A stretch of 64,000 nt of DNA from Auanema rhodensis (Eukaryota; Animalia; Nematoda), in assembly GCA_964057225.1 (NCBI GenBank), contig OZ059894.1, positions 20,522,001 through 20,586,000 on the forward strand, written 5' to 3'. The position numbers and the translations under genes are program-made. A model generated the notes under the pieces. The model was given only the letters and a program-made list of their open reading frames with translations, did not search any database and was not told where the DNA came from. Positions 12,301 to 27,200 of this stretch are shown one piece after another (the stretch's first letter is position 1; each line of letters opens with the position of its first letter).

Positions 12301-15092
12301 ATTTCAAAATAATTTAGCAAAAAGTAGATGTTTTTAGATTCCTTTTTTCAAGGCAAAGACGATGGACAATGTTATTCAACGAAAAAAATAATTCTTCAGG
12401 GTGAAAATCGAGGATATAAGTGTGAACTTATATCAGTTGATATCTCGGTGCATTTTTAAGCTAGCGCAAATCTGATAACACAGATCGACGCAGCTTAAAA
12501 ATCCGCATCGAATGCACTATACTACATTGAGAAACGCTTAATACAAAAATTAGTTATGATCGTTTGAAAAATGATGCATTAGTGTATGTTGAGTTTCCAT
12601 GTACACTCAACATTGCTTCCAAAAACATTTTGACAAAAATTTTTTCGAAAAATTTCAAAATAATTTAGCAAAAAGTAGATGTTTTTAGATTCCTTTTTTC
12701 AAGGCAAAGACGATGGACAATGTTATTCAACGAAAAAATTAATTCTTCAGGGTGAAAATCGAGGATATAAGTGTAAACTTATATCAGTTGATATCTCGGT
12801 GCATTTTTAAGCTAGCGCAAATCTGATAACACAGATCGACGCAGCTTAAAAATCCGCATCGAATGCACTATACCACATTGAGAAACGCTTAAAACAAAAA
12901 TTAGTTATGATCGTTTGAAAAATGATGCATTAGTGTATGTTGAGTTTCCATGTACACTCAACATTGCTTCCAAAAACATTTTGACAAAAATTTTTTCGAA
13001 AAATTTCAAAATAATTTAGCAAAAAGTAGATGTTTTTAGATTCCTTTTTTCAAGGCAAAGACGATGGACAATGTTATTCAACGAAAAAAATAATTCTTCA
13101 GGGTGAAAATCGAGGATATAAGTGTGAACTTATATCAGTTGATATCTCGGTGCATTTTTAAGCTAGCGCAAATCTGATAACACAGATCGACGCAGCTTAA
13201 AAATTCGCATCGAATGCACTATACTACATTGAGAAACGCTTAATACAAAAATTAGTTATGATCGTTTGAAAAATGATGCATTAGTGTATGTTGAGTTTCC
13301 ATGTACACTCAACATTGCTTCCAAAAACATTTTGACAAAAATTTTTTCGAAAAATTTCAAAATAATTTAGCAAAAAGTAGATGTTTTTAGATTCCTTTTT
13401 TCAAGGCAAAGACGATGGACAATGTTATTCAACGAAAAAATTAATTCTTCAGGGTGAAAATCGAGGATATAAGTGTAAACTTATATCAGTTGATATCTCG
13501 GTGCATTTTTAAGCTAGCGCAAATCTGATAACACAGATCGACGCAGCTTAAAAATCCGCATCGAATGCACTATACCACATTGAGAAACGCTTAAAACAAA
13601 AATTAGTTATGATCGTTTGAAAAATGATGCATTAGTGTATGTTGAGTTTCCATGTACACTCAACATTGCTTCCAAAAACATTTTGACAAAAATTTTTTCG
13701 AAAAATTTCAAAATAATTTAGCAAAAAGTAGATGTTTTTAGATTCCTTTTTTCAAGGCAAAGACGATGGACAATGTTATTCAACGAAAAAATTAATTCTT
13801 CAGGGTGAAAATCGAGGATATAAGTGTGAACTTATATCAGTTGATATCTCGGTGCATTTTTAAGCTAGCGCAAATCTGATAACACAGATCGACGCAGCTT
13901 AAAAATCCGCATCGAATGCTTTATACTACATTGAGAAACGCTTAATACAAAAATTAGTTATGATCGTTTGAAAAATGATGCATTAGTTTATGTTGAGTTT
14001 CCATGTACACTCAACATTGCTTCGAAAAACATTTTGACAAAAATTTTTTCGAAAAATTTCAAAATAATTTAGCAAAAAGTAGATGTTTTTAGATTCCTTT
14101 TTTCAAGGCAAAGACGATGGACAATGTTATTCAACGAAAAAAATAATTCTTCAGGGTGAAAATCGAGGATATAAGTGTGAACTTATATCAGTTGATATCT
14201 CGGTGCATTTTTAAGCTAGCGCAAATCTGATAACACAGATCGACGCAGCTTAAAGATTCGCATCGAATGCACTATACTACATTGAGAAACGCTTAATACA
14301 AAAATTAGTTATGATCGTTTGAAAAATGATGCATTAGTGTATGTTGAGTTTCCATGTACACTCAACATTGCTTCCAAAAACATTTTGACAAAAATTTTTT
14401 CGAAAAATTTCAAAATAATTTAGCAAAAAGTAGATGTTTTTAGATTCCTTTTTTCAAGGCAAAGACGATGGACAATGTTATTCAACGAAAAAAATAATTC
14501 TTCAGGGTGAAAATCGAGGATATAAGTGTGAACTTATATCAGTTGATATCTCGGTGCATTTTTAAGCTAGCGCAAATCTGATAACACAGATCGACGCAGC
14601 TTTAAAATTCGCATCGAATGCACTATACTACATTGAGAAACGCTTAATACAAAAATTAGTTATGATCGTTTGAAAAATGATGCATTAGTGTATGTTGAGT
14701 TTCCATGTACACTCAACATTGCTTCCAAAAACATTTTGACAAAAATTTTTTCGAAAAATTTCAAAATAATTTAGCAAAAAGTAGATGTTTTTAGATTCCT
14801 TTTTTCAAGGCAAAGACGATGGACAATGTTATTCAACGAAAAAAATAATTCTTCAGGGTGAAAATCGAGGATATAAGTGTGAACTTATATCAGTTGATAT
14901 CTCGGTGCATTTTTAAGCTAGCGCAAATCTGATAACACAGATCGACGCAGCTTAAAAATTCGCATCGAATGCACTATACTACATTGAGAAACGCTTAATA
15001 CAAAAATTAGTTATGATCGTTTGAAAAATGATGCATTAGTGTATGTTGAGTTTCCATGTACACTCAACATTGCTTCCAAAAACATTTTGACA
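6318..15092. repeat. Sub-array of short 2-3-monomer units (T219 type and A140/C239/A258 type), with a 3-monomer block repeated at 2457 bp
   Basis: AATTCGC monomers alternate with GTGTAAAC/ATACCAC/TTAAAAC monomers. Block 11232-12284 (GCTTTA; AAAGATTC; TTTAAAATTC) recurs at 13689-14741. Confidence 0.8.
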
Positions 15093-18000
15093 AAAATTTT
15101 TTCGAAAAATTTCAAAATAATTTAGCAAAAAGTAGATGTTTTTAGATTCCTATTTTCAAAGTAAAGACGATGGACAATGTTATTCAACGAAAAAATTAAC
15201 TCTTCAGGGTGAAAATCGAGGATATAAGTGTGAACTTATATCAGTTGATATCTCGGTGCATTTTTAAGCTAGCGCAAATCTGATAACACAGATCGACGCA
15301 GCTTAAAAATCCGCATCGAATGCACTATACTACATTGAGAAACGCTTAATACAAAAATTAGTTATGATCGTTTGAAAAATGATGCATTAGTGTATGTTGA
15401 GTTTCCATGTACACTCAACATTGCTTCCAAAAACATTTTGACAAAAATTTTTTCGAAAAATTTCAAAATAATTTAGCAAAAAGTAGATGTTTTTAGATTC
15501 CTTCTTTCAAGGCAAAGACGATGGACAATGTTATTCAACGAAAAAAATAATTCTTCAGGGTGAAAATCGAGGATATAAGTGTGAACTTATATCAGTTGAT
15601 ATCTCGGTGCATTTTTAAGCTAGCGCAAATCTGATAACACAGATCGACGCAGCTTAAAAATCCGCATCGAATGCACTATACTACATTGAGAAACGCTTAA
15701 TACAAAAATTAGTTATGATCGTTTGAAAAATGATGCATTAGTGTATGTTGAGTTTCCATGTACACTCAACATTGCTTCCAAAAACATTTTGACAAAAATT
15801 TTTTCGAAAAATTTCAAAATAAATTAGCAAAAAGTAGATGTTTTTAGATTTCTTTTTTTAAGGCAAAGACGATGGACAATGTTATTCAACGAAAAAATTA
15901 ATTCTTCAGGGTGAAAATCGAGGATATAAGTGTGAACTTATATCAGTTGATATCTCGGTGCATTTTTAAGCTAGCGCAAATCTGATAACACAGATCGACG
16001 CAGCTTAAAAATCCGCATCGAATGCACTATACTACATTGAGAAACGCTTGATACAAAAATTAGTTATGATCGTTTGAAAAATGATGCATTAGTTTATGTT
16101 GAGTTTCCATGTACACTCAACATTGCTTCCAAAAACATTTTGACAAAAATTTTTTCGAAAAATTTCAAAATAATTTAGCAAAAAGTAGATGTTTTTAGAT
16201 TCCTTTTTTCAAGGCAAAGACGATGGACAATGTTATTCAACGAAAAAATTAACTCTTCAGGGTGAAAATCGAGGATATAAGTGTGAACTTATATCAGTTG
16301 ATATCTCGGTGCATTTTTAAGCTAGCGCAAATCTGATAACACAGATCGACGCAGCTTAAAAATCCGCATCGAATGCACTATACTACATTGAGAAACGCTT
16401 AATACAAAAATTAGTTATGATCGTTTGAAAAATGATGCATTAGTGTATGTTGAGTTTCCATGTACACTCAACATTGCTTCCAAAAACATTTTGACAAAAA
16501 TTTTTTCGAAACATTTCAAAATAATTCAGCAAAAAGTAGATGTTTTTAGATTCCTTTTTTCAAGGCAAAGACGATGGACAATGTTATTCAACGAAAAAAT
16601 TAGCTCTTCAGGGTGAAAATCGAGGATATAAGTGTGAACTTATATCAGTTGATATCTCGGTGCATTTTTAAGCTAGCGCAAATCTGATAACACAGATCGA
16701 CGCAGCTTAAAAATCCGCATCGAATGCACTATACTACATTGAGAAACGCTTAATACAAAAATTAGTTATGATCGTTTGAAAAATGATGCATTAGTGTATG
16801 TTGAGTTTCCATGTACACTCAACATTGCTTCCAAAAACATTTTGACAAAAATTTTTTCGAAACATTTCAAAATAATTCAGCAAAAAGTAGATGTTTTTAG
16901 ATTCCTTTTTTCAAGGCAAAGACGATGGACAATGTTATTCAACGAAAAAATTAACTCTTCAGGGTGAAAATCGAGGATATAAGTGTGAACTTATATCAGT
17001 TGATATCTCGGTGCATTTTTAAGCTAGCGCAAATCTGATAACACAGATCGACGCAGCTTAAAAATCCGCATCGAATGCACTATACTACATTGAGAAACGC
17101 TTAATATAAAAATTAGTTATGATCGTTTGAAAAATGATGCATTAGTGTATGTTGAGTTTCCATGTACACTCAACATTGCTTCCAAAAACATTTTGACAAA
17201 AATTTTTTCGAAAAATTTCAAAATAATTTAGCAAAAAGTAGATGTTTTTAGATTCCTATTTTCAAAGTAAAGACGATGGACAATGTTATTCAACGAAAAA
17301 ATTAACTCTTCAGGGTGAAAATCGAGGATATAAGTGTGAACTTATATCAGTTGATATCTCGGTGCATTTTTAAGCTAGCGCAAATCTGATAATACAGATC
17401 GACGCAGCTTAAAAATCCGCATCGAATGCACTATACTACATTGAGAAACGCTTAATACAAAAATTAGTTATGATCGTTTGAAAAATGATGCATTAGTGTA
17501 TGTTGAGTTTCCATGTACACTCAACATTGCTTCCAAAAACATTTTGACAAAAATTTTTTCGAAAAATTTCAAAATAATTTAGCAAAAAGTAGATGTTTTT
17601 AGATTCCTTCTTTCAAGGCAAAGACGATGGACAATGTTATTCAACGAAAAAAATAATTCTTCAGGGTGAAAATCGAGGATATAAGTGTGAACTTATATCA
17701 GTTGATATCTCGGTGCATTTTTAAGCTAGCGCAAATCTGATAACACAGATCGACGCAGCTTAAAAATCCGCATCGAATGCACTATACTACATTGAGAAAC
17801 GCTTAATACAAAAATTAGTTATGATCGTTTGAAAAATGATGCATTAGTGTATGTTGAGTTTCCATGTACACTCAACATTGCTTCCAAAAACATTTTGACA
17901 AAAATTTTTTCGAAAAATTTCAAAATAAATTAGCAAAAAGTAGATGTTTTTAGATTTCTTTTTTTAAGGCAAAGACGATGGACAATGTTATTCAACGAAA

Positions 18001-21000
18001 AAATTAATTCTTCAGGGTGAAAATCGAGGATATAAGTGTGAACTTATATCAGTTGATATCTCGGTGCATTTTTAAGCTAGCGCAAATCTGATAACACAGA
18101 ACGACGCAGCTTAAAAATCCGCATCGAATGCACTATACTACATTGAGAAACGCTTAATACAAAAATTAGTTATGATCGTTTGAAAAATGATGCATTAGTG
18201 TATGTTGAGTTTCCATGTACACTCAACATTGCTTCCAAAAACATTTTGACAAAAATTTTTTCGAAAAATTTCAAAATAAATTAGCAAAAAGTAGATGTTT
18301 TTAGATTCCTTTTTTTAAGGCAAAGACGATGGACAATGTTATTCAACGAAAAAATTAATTCTTCAGGGTGAAAATCGAGGATATAAGTGTGAACTTATAT
18401 CAGTTGATATCTCGGTGCATTTTTAAGCTAGCGCAAATCTGATAACACAGATCGACGCAGCTTAAAAATCCGCATCGAATGCTTTATACTACATTGAGAA
18501 ACGCTTAATACAAAAATTAGTTATGATCGTTTGAAAAATGATGCATTAGTTTATGTTGAGTTTCCATGTACACTCAATATTGCTTCGAAAAACATTTTGA
18601 CAAAAATTTTTTCGAAAAATTTCAACATAAATTAGCAAAAAGTAGATGTTTTTAGATTCCTTTTTTCAAGGCAAAGACGATGGACAATGTTATTCAACGA
18701 AAAAATTAATTCTTCAGGGTGAAAATCGAGGATATAAGTGTGAACTTATATCAGTTGATATCTCGGTGCATTTTTAAGCTAGCGCAAATCTGATACCACA
18801 GATCGACGCAGCTTAAAAATCCGCATCGAATGCACTATACTACATTGAGAAACGCTTAATACGAAAATTAGTTATGATCGTTTGAAAAATGATGCATTAC
18901 TGTATGTTGAGTTTCCATGTACACTCAACATTGCTTCCAAAAACATTTTGACAAAAATTTTTTCGAAAAATTTCAAAATAAATTAGCAAAAAGTAGATGT
19001 TTTTAGATTCCTTTTTTCAAGGCAAAGACGATGGACAATGTTATTCAACGAAAAAAATAATTCTTCAGGGTGAAAATCGAGGATATAAGTGTGAACTTAT
19101 ATCAGTTGATATCTCGGTGCATTTTTAAGCTAGCGCAAATCTGATACCACAGATCGACGCAGCTTAAAAATCCGCATCGAATGCACTATACTACATTGAG
19201 AAACGCTTAATACGAAAATTAGTTATGATCGTTTGAAAAATGATGCATTACTGTATGTTGAGTTTCCATGTACACTCAACATTGCTTCCAAAAACATTTT
19301 GACAAAAATTTTTTCGAAAAATTTCAAAACAATTTAGCGAAAAGTAGATGTTTTTAGATTCCTTTTTTCAAGGTAAAGACGATGGACAATGTTATTCAAC
19401 GAAAAAATTAACTCTTCAGGGTGAAAATCGAGGATATAAGTGTGAACTTATATCAGTTGATATCTCGGTGCATTTTTAAGCTAGCGCAAATCTGATAACA
19501 CAGATCGACGCAGCTTAAAAATCCGCATCGAATGCACTATACTACATTGAGAAACGCTTAATACAAAAATTAGTTATGATCGTTTGAAAAATGATGCATT
19601 AGTGTATGTTGAGTTTCCATGTACACTCAACATTGCTTCCAAAAACATTTTGACAAAAATTTTTTCGAGACATTTCAAAATAATTCAGCAAAAAGTAGAT
19701 GTTTTTAGATTCCTTTTTTCAAGGCAAAGACGATGGACAATGTTATTCAACGAAAAAATTAACTCTTCAGGGTGAAAATCGAGGATATAAGTGTGAACTT
19801 ATATCAGTTGATATCTCGGTGCATTTTTAAGCTAGCGCAAATCTGATACCACAGATCGACGCAGCTTAAAAATCCGCATCGAATGCACTATACTACATTG
19901 AGAAACGCTTAATACGAAAATTAGTTATGATCGTTTGAAAAATGATGCATTACTGTATGTTGAGTTTCCATGTACACTCAACATTGCTTCCAAAAACATT
20001 TTGACAAAAATTTTTTCGAAAAATTTCAAAATAAATTAGCAAAAAGTAGATGTTTTTAGATTCCTTTTTTCAAGGCAAAGACGATGGACAATGTTATTCA
20101 ACGAAAAAAATAATTCTTCAGGGTGAAAATCGAGGATATAAGTGTGAACTTATATCAGTTGATATCTCGGTGCATTTTTAAGCTAGCGCAAATCTGATAC
20201 CACAGATCGACGCAGCTTAAAAATCCGCATCGAATGCACTATACTACATTGAGAAACGCTTAATACGAAAATTAGTTATGATCGTTTGAAAAATGATGCA
20301 TTACTGTATGTTGAGTTTCCATGTACACTCAACATTGCTTCCAAAAACATTTTGACAAAAATTTTTTCGAAAAATTTCAAAATAAATTAGCAAAAAGTAG
20401 ATGTTTTTAGATTCCTTTTTTCAAGGCAAAGACGATGGACAATGTTATTCAACGAAAAAAATAATTCTTCAGGGTGAAAATCGAGGATATAAGTGTGAAC
20501 TTATATCAGTTGATATCTCGGTGCATTTTTAAGCTAGCGCAAATCTGATACCACAGATCGACGCAGCTTAAAAATCCGCATCGAATGCACTATACTACAT
20601 TGAGAAACGCTTAATACGAAAATTAGTTATGATCGTTTGAAAAATGATGCATTACTGTATGTTGAGTTTCCATGTACACTCAACATTGCTTCCAAAAACA
20701 TTTTGACAAAAATTTTTTCGAAAAATTTCAAAACAATTTAGCAAAAAGTAGATGTTTTTAGATTCCTTTTTTCAAGGTAAAGACGATGGACAATGTTATT
20801 CAACGAAAAAATTAACTCTTCAGGGTGAAAATCGAGGATATAAGTGTGAACTTATATCAGTTGATATCTCGGTGCATTTTTAAGCTAGCGCAAATCTGAT
20901 AACACAGATCGACGCAGCTTAAAAATCCGCATCGAATGCACTATACTACATTGAGAAACGCTTAATACAAAAATTAGTTATGATCGTTTGAAAAATGATG

Positions 21001-24000
21001 CATTAGTGTATGTTGAGTTTCCATGTACACTCAACATTGCTTCCAAAAACATTTTGACAAAAATTTTTTCGAAACATTTCAAAATAATTCAGCAAAAAGT
21101 AGATGTTTTTAGATTCCTTTTTTCAAGGCAAAGACGATGGACAATGTTATTCAACGAAAAAATTAACTCTTCAGGGTGAAAATCGAGGATATAAGTGTGA
21201 ACTTATATCAGTTGATATCTCGGTGCATTTTTAAGCTAGCGCAAATCTGATACCACAGATCGACGCAGCTTAAAAATCCGCATCGAATGCACTATACTAC
21301 ATTGAGAAACGCTTAATACGAAAATTAGTTATGATCGTTTGAAAAATGATGCATTACTGTATGTTGAGTTTCCATGTACACTCAACATTGCTTCCAAAAA
21401 CATTTTGACAAAAATTTTTTCGAAAAATTTCAAAATAAATTAGCAAAAAGTAGATGTTTTTAGATTCCTTTTTTCAAGGCAAAGACGATGGACAATGTTA
21501 TTCAACGAAAAAAATAATTCTTCAGGGTGAAAATCGAGGATATAAGTATGAACTTATATCAGTTGATATCTCGGTGCATTTTTAAGCTAGCGCAAATCTG
21601 ATACCACAGATCGACGCAGCTTAAAAATCCGCATCGAATGCACTATACTACATTGAGAAACGCTTAATACGAAAATTAGTTATGATCGTTTGAAAAATGA
21701 TGCATTACTGTATGTTGAGTTTCCATGTACACTCAACATTGCTTCCAAAAACATTTTGACAAAAATTTTTTCGAAACATTTCAAAATAATTCAGCAAAAA
21801 GTAGATGTTTTTAGATTCCTTTTTTCAAGGCAAAGACGATGGACAATGTTATTCAACGAAAAAATTAACTCTTCAGGGTGAAAATCGAGGATATAAGTGT
21901 GAACTTATATCAGTTGATATCTCGGTGCATTTTTAAGCTAGCGCAAATCTGATACCACAGATCGACGCAGCTTAAAAATCCGCATCGAATGCACTATACT
22001 ACATTGAGAAACGCTTAATACGAAAATTAGTTATGATCGTTTGAAAAATGATGCATTACTGTATGTTGAGTTTCCATGTACACTCAACATTGCTTCCAAA
22101 AACATTTTGACAAAAATTTTTTCGAAAAATTTCAAAATAAATTAGCAAAAAGTAGATGTTTTTAGATTCCTTTTTTCAAGGCAAAGACGATGGACAATGT
22201 TATTCAACGAAAAAAATAATTCTTCAGGGTGAAAATCGAGGATATAAGTGTGAACTTATATCAGTTGATATCTCGGTGCATTTTTAAGCTAGCGCAAATC
22301 TGATACCACAGATCGACGCAGCTTAAAAATCCGCATCGAATGCACTATACTACATTGAGAAACGCTTAATACGAAAATTAGTTATGATCGTTTGAAAAAT
22401 GATGCATTACTGTATGTTGAGTTTCCATGTACACTCAACATTGCTTCCAAAAACATTTTGACAAAAATTTTTTCGAAAAATTTCAAAACAATTTAGCAAA
22501 AAGTAGATGTTTTTAGATTCCTTTTTTCAAGGTAAAGACGATGGACAATGTTATTCAACGAAAAAATTAACTCTTCAGGGTGAAAATCGAGGATATAAGT
22601 GTGAACTTATATCAGTTGATATCTCGGTGCATTTTTAAGCTAGCGCAAATCTGATAACACAGATCGACGCAGCTTAAAAATCCGCATCGAATGCACTATA
22701 CTACATTGAGAAACGCTTAATACAAAAATTAGTTATGATCGTTTGAAAAATGATGCATTAGTGTATGTTGAGTTTCCATGTACACTCAACATTGCTTCCA
22801 AAAACATTTTGACAAAAATTTTTTCGAAACATTTCAAAATAATTCAGCAAAAAGTAGATGTTTTTAGATTCCTTTTTTCAAGGCAAAGACGATGGACAAT
22901 GTTATTCAACGAAAAAATTAACTCTTCAGGGTGAAAATCGAGGATATAAGTGTGAACTTATATCAGTTGATATCTCGGTGCATTTTTAAGCTAGCGCAAA
23001 TCTGATAACACAGATCGACGCAGCTTAAAAATCCGCATCGAATGCACTATACTACATTGAGAAACGCTTAATACAAAAATTAGTTATGATCGTTTGAAAA
23101 ATGATGCATTAGTGTATGTTGAGTTTCCATGTACACTCAACATTGCTTCCAAAAACATTTTGACAAAAATTTTTTCGAAACATTTCAAAATAATTCAGCA
23201 AAAAGTAGATGTTTTTAGATTCCTTTTTTCAAGGCAAAGACGATGGACAATGTTATTCAACGAAAAAATTAACTCTTCAGGGTGAAAATCGAGGATATAA
23301 GTGTGAACTTATATCAGTTGATATCTCGGTGCATTTTTAAGCTAGCGCAAATCTGATAACACAGATCGACGCAGCTTAAAAATCCGCATCGAATGCACTA
23401 TACTACATTGAGAAACGCTTAATATAAAAATTAGTTATGATCGTTTGAAAAATGATGCATTAGTGTATGTTGAGTTTCCATGTACACTCAACATTGCTTC
23501 CAAAAACATTTTGACAAAAATTTTTTCGAAAAATTTCAAAATAATTTAGCAAAAAGTAGATGTTTTTAGATTCCTATTTTCAAAGTAAAGACGATGGACA
23601 ATGTTATTCAACGAAAAAATTAACTCTTCAGGGTGAAAATCGAGGATATAAGTGTGAACTTATATCAGTTGATATCTCGGTGCATTTTTAAGCTAGCGCA
23701 AATCTGATAATACAGATCGACGCAGCTTAAAAATCCGCATCGAATGCACTATACTACATTGAGAAACGCTTAATACAAAAATTAGTTATGATCGTTTGAA
23801 AAATGATGCATTAGTGTATGTTGAGTTTCCATGTACACTCAACATTGCTTCCAAAAACATTTTGACAAAAATTTTTTCGAAAAATTTCAAAATAATTTAG
23901 CAAAAAGTAGATGTTTTTAGATTCCTTCTTTCAAGGCAAAGACGATGGACAATGTTATTCAACGAAAAAAATAATTCTTCAGGGTGAAAATCGAGGATAT

Positions 24001-24218
24001 AAGTGTGAACTTATATCAGTTGATATCTCGGTGCATTTTTAAGCTAGCGCAAATCTGATAACACAGATCGACGCAGCTTAAAAATCCGCATCGAATGCAC
24101 TATACTACATTGAGAAACGCTTAATACAAAAATTAGTTATGATCGTTTGAAAAATGATGCATTAGTGTATGTTGAGTTTCCATGTACACTCAATATTGCT
24201 TCCAAAAACATTTTGACA

Positions 24219-27200
24219 AAAATTTTTTCGAAAAATTTCAAAATAAATTAGCAAAAAGTAGATGTTTTTAGATTTCTTTTTTTAAGGCAAAGACGATGGA
24301 CAATGTTATTCAACGAAAAAATTAATTCTTCAGGGTGAAAATCGAGGATATAAGTGTGAACTTATATCAGTTGATATCTCGGTGCATTTTTAAGCTAGCG
24401 CAAATCTGATAACACAGAACGACGCAGCTTAAAAATTTGCATCGAATGCACTATACTACATTGAGAAACGCTTAATACAAAAATTAGTTATGATCGTTTG
24501 AAAAATGATGCATTAGTGTATGTTGAGTTTCCATGTACACTCAACATTGCTTCCAAAAACATTTTGACAAAAATTTTTTCGAAAAATTTCAAAATAAATT
24601 AGCAAAAAGTAGATGTTTTTAGATTCCTTTTTTTAAGGCAAAGACGATGGACAATGTTATTCAACGAAAAAATTAATTCTTCAGGGTGAAAATCGAGGAT
24701 ATAAGTGTGAACTTATATCAGTTGATATCTCGGTGCATTTTTAAGCTAGCGCAAATCTGATAACACAGATCGACGCAGCTTAAAAATCCGCATCGAATGC
24801 TTTATACTACATTGAGAAACGCTTAATACAAAAATTAGTTATGATCGTTTGAAAAATGATGCATTAGTTTATGTTGAGTTTCCATGTACACTCAATATTG
24901 CTTCGAAAAACATTTTGACAAAAATTTTTTCGAAAAATTTCAACATAAATTAGCAAAAAGTAGATGTTTTTAGATTCCTTTTTTCAAGGCAAAGACGATG
25001 GACAATGTTATTCAACGAAAAAATTAATTCTTCAGGGTGAAAATCGAGGATATAAGTGTGAACTTATATCAGTTGATATCTCGGTGCATTTTTAAGCTAG
25101 CGCAAATCTGATACCACAGATCGACGCAGCTTAAAAATCCGCATCGAATGCACTATACTACATTGAGAAACGCTTAATACGAAAATTAGTTATGATCGTT
25201 TGAAAAATGATGCATTACTGTATGTTGAGTTTCCATGTACACTCAACATTGCTTCCAAAAACATTTTGACAAAAATTTTTTCGAAAAATTTCAAAATAAT
25301 TTAGCAAAAAGTAGATGTTTTTAGATTCCTTCTTTCAAGGCAAAGACGATGGACAATGTTATTCAACGAAAAAAATAATTCTTCAGGGTGAAAATCGAGG
25401 ATATAAGTGTGAACTTATATCAGTTGATATCTCGGTGCATTTTTAAGCTAGCGCAAATCTGATACCACAGATCGACGCAGCTTAAAAATCCGCATCGAAT
25501 GCACTATACTACATTGAGAAACGCTTAATACGAAAATTAGTTATGATCGTTTGAAAAATGATGCATTACTGTATGTTGAGTTTCCATGTACACTCAACAT
25601 TGCTTCCAAAAACATTTTGACAAAAATTTTTTCGAAAAATTTCAAAATAAATTAGCAAAAAGTAGATGTTTTTAGATTCCTTTTTTCAAGGCAAAGACGA
25701 TGGACAATGTTATTCAACGAAAAAAATAATTCTTCAGGGTGAAAATCGAGGATATAAGTGTGAACTTATATCAGTTGATATCTCGGTGCATTTTTAAGCT
25801 AGCGCAAATCTGATACCACAGATCGACGCAGCTTAAAAATCCGCATCGAATGCACTATACTACATTGAGAAACGCTTAATACGAAAATTAGTTATGATCG
25901 TTTGAAAAATGATGCATTACTGTATGTTGAGTTTCCATGTACACTCAACATTGCTTCCAAAAACATTTTGACAAAAATTTTTTCGAAAAATTTCAAAACA
26001 ATTTAGCAAAAAGTAGATGTTTTTAGATTCCTTTTTTCAAGGTAAAGACGATGGACAATGTTATTCAACGAAAAAATTAACTCTTCAGGGTGAAAATCGA
26101 GGATATAAGTGTGAACTTATATCAGTTGATATCTCGGTGCATTTTTAAGCTAGCGCAAATCTGATAACACAGATCGACGCAGCTTAAAAATCCGCATCGA
26201 ATGCACTATACTACATTGAGAAACGCTTAATACAAAAATTAGTTATGATCGTTTGAAAAATGATGCATTAGTGTATGTTGAGTTTCCATGTACACTCAAC
26301 ATTGCTTCCAAAAACATTTTGACAAAAATTTTTTCGAAACATTTCAAAATAATTCAGCAAAAAGTAGATGTTTTTAGATTTCTTTTTTCAAGGCAAAGAC
26401 GATGGACAATGTTATTCAACGAAAAAATTAACTCTTCAGGGTGAAAATCGAGGATATAAGTGTGAACTTATATCAGTTGATATCTCGGTGCATTTTTAAG
26501 CTAGCGCAAATCTGATAACACAGATCGACGCAGCTTAAAAATCCGCATCGAATGCACTATACTACATTGAGAAACGCTTAATACAAAAATTAGTTATGAT
26601 CGTTTGAAAAATGATGCATTAGTGTATGTTGAGTTTCCATGTACACTCAACATTGCTTCCAAAAACATTTTGACAAAAATTTTTTCGAAACATTTCAAAA
26701 TAATTCAGCAAAAAGTAGATGTTTTTAGATTCCTTTTTTCAAGGCAAAGACGATGGACAATGTTATTCAACGAAAAAATTAACTCTTCAGGGTGAAAATC
26801 GAGGATATAAGTGTGAACTTATATCAGTTGATATCTCGGTGCATTTTTAAGCTAGCGCAAATCTGATAACACAGATCGACGCAGCTTAAAAATCCGCATC
26901 GAATGCACTATACTACATTGAGAAACGCTTAATACAAAAATTAGTTATGATCGTTTGAAAAATGATGCATTAGTGTATGTTGAGTTTCCATGTACACTCA
27001 ACATTGCTTCCAAAAACATTTTGACAAAAATTTTTTCGAAACATTTCAAAATAATTCAGCAAAAAGTAGATGTTTTTAGATTCCTTTTTTCAAGGCAAAG
27101 ACGATGGACAATGTTATTCAACGAAAAAATTAACTCTTCAGGGTGAAAATCGAGGATATAAGTGTGAACTTATATCAGTTGATATCTCGGTGCATTTTTA

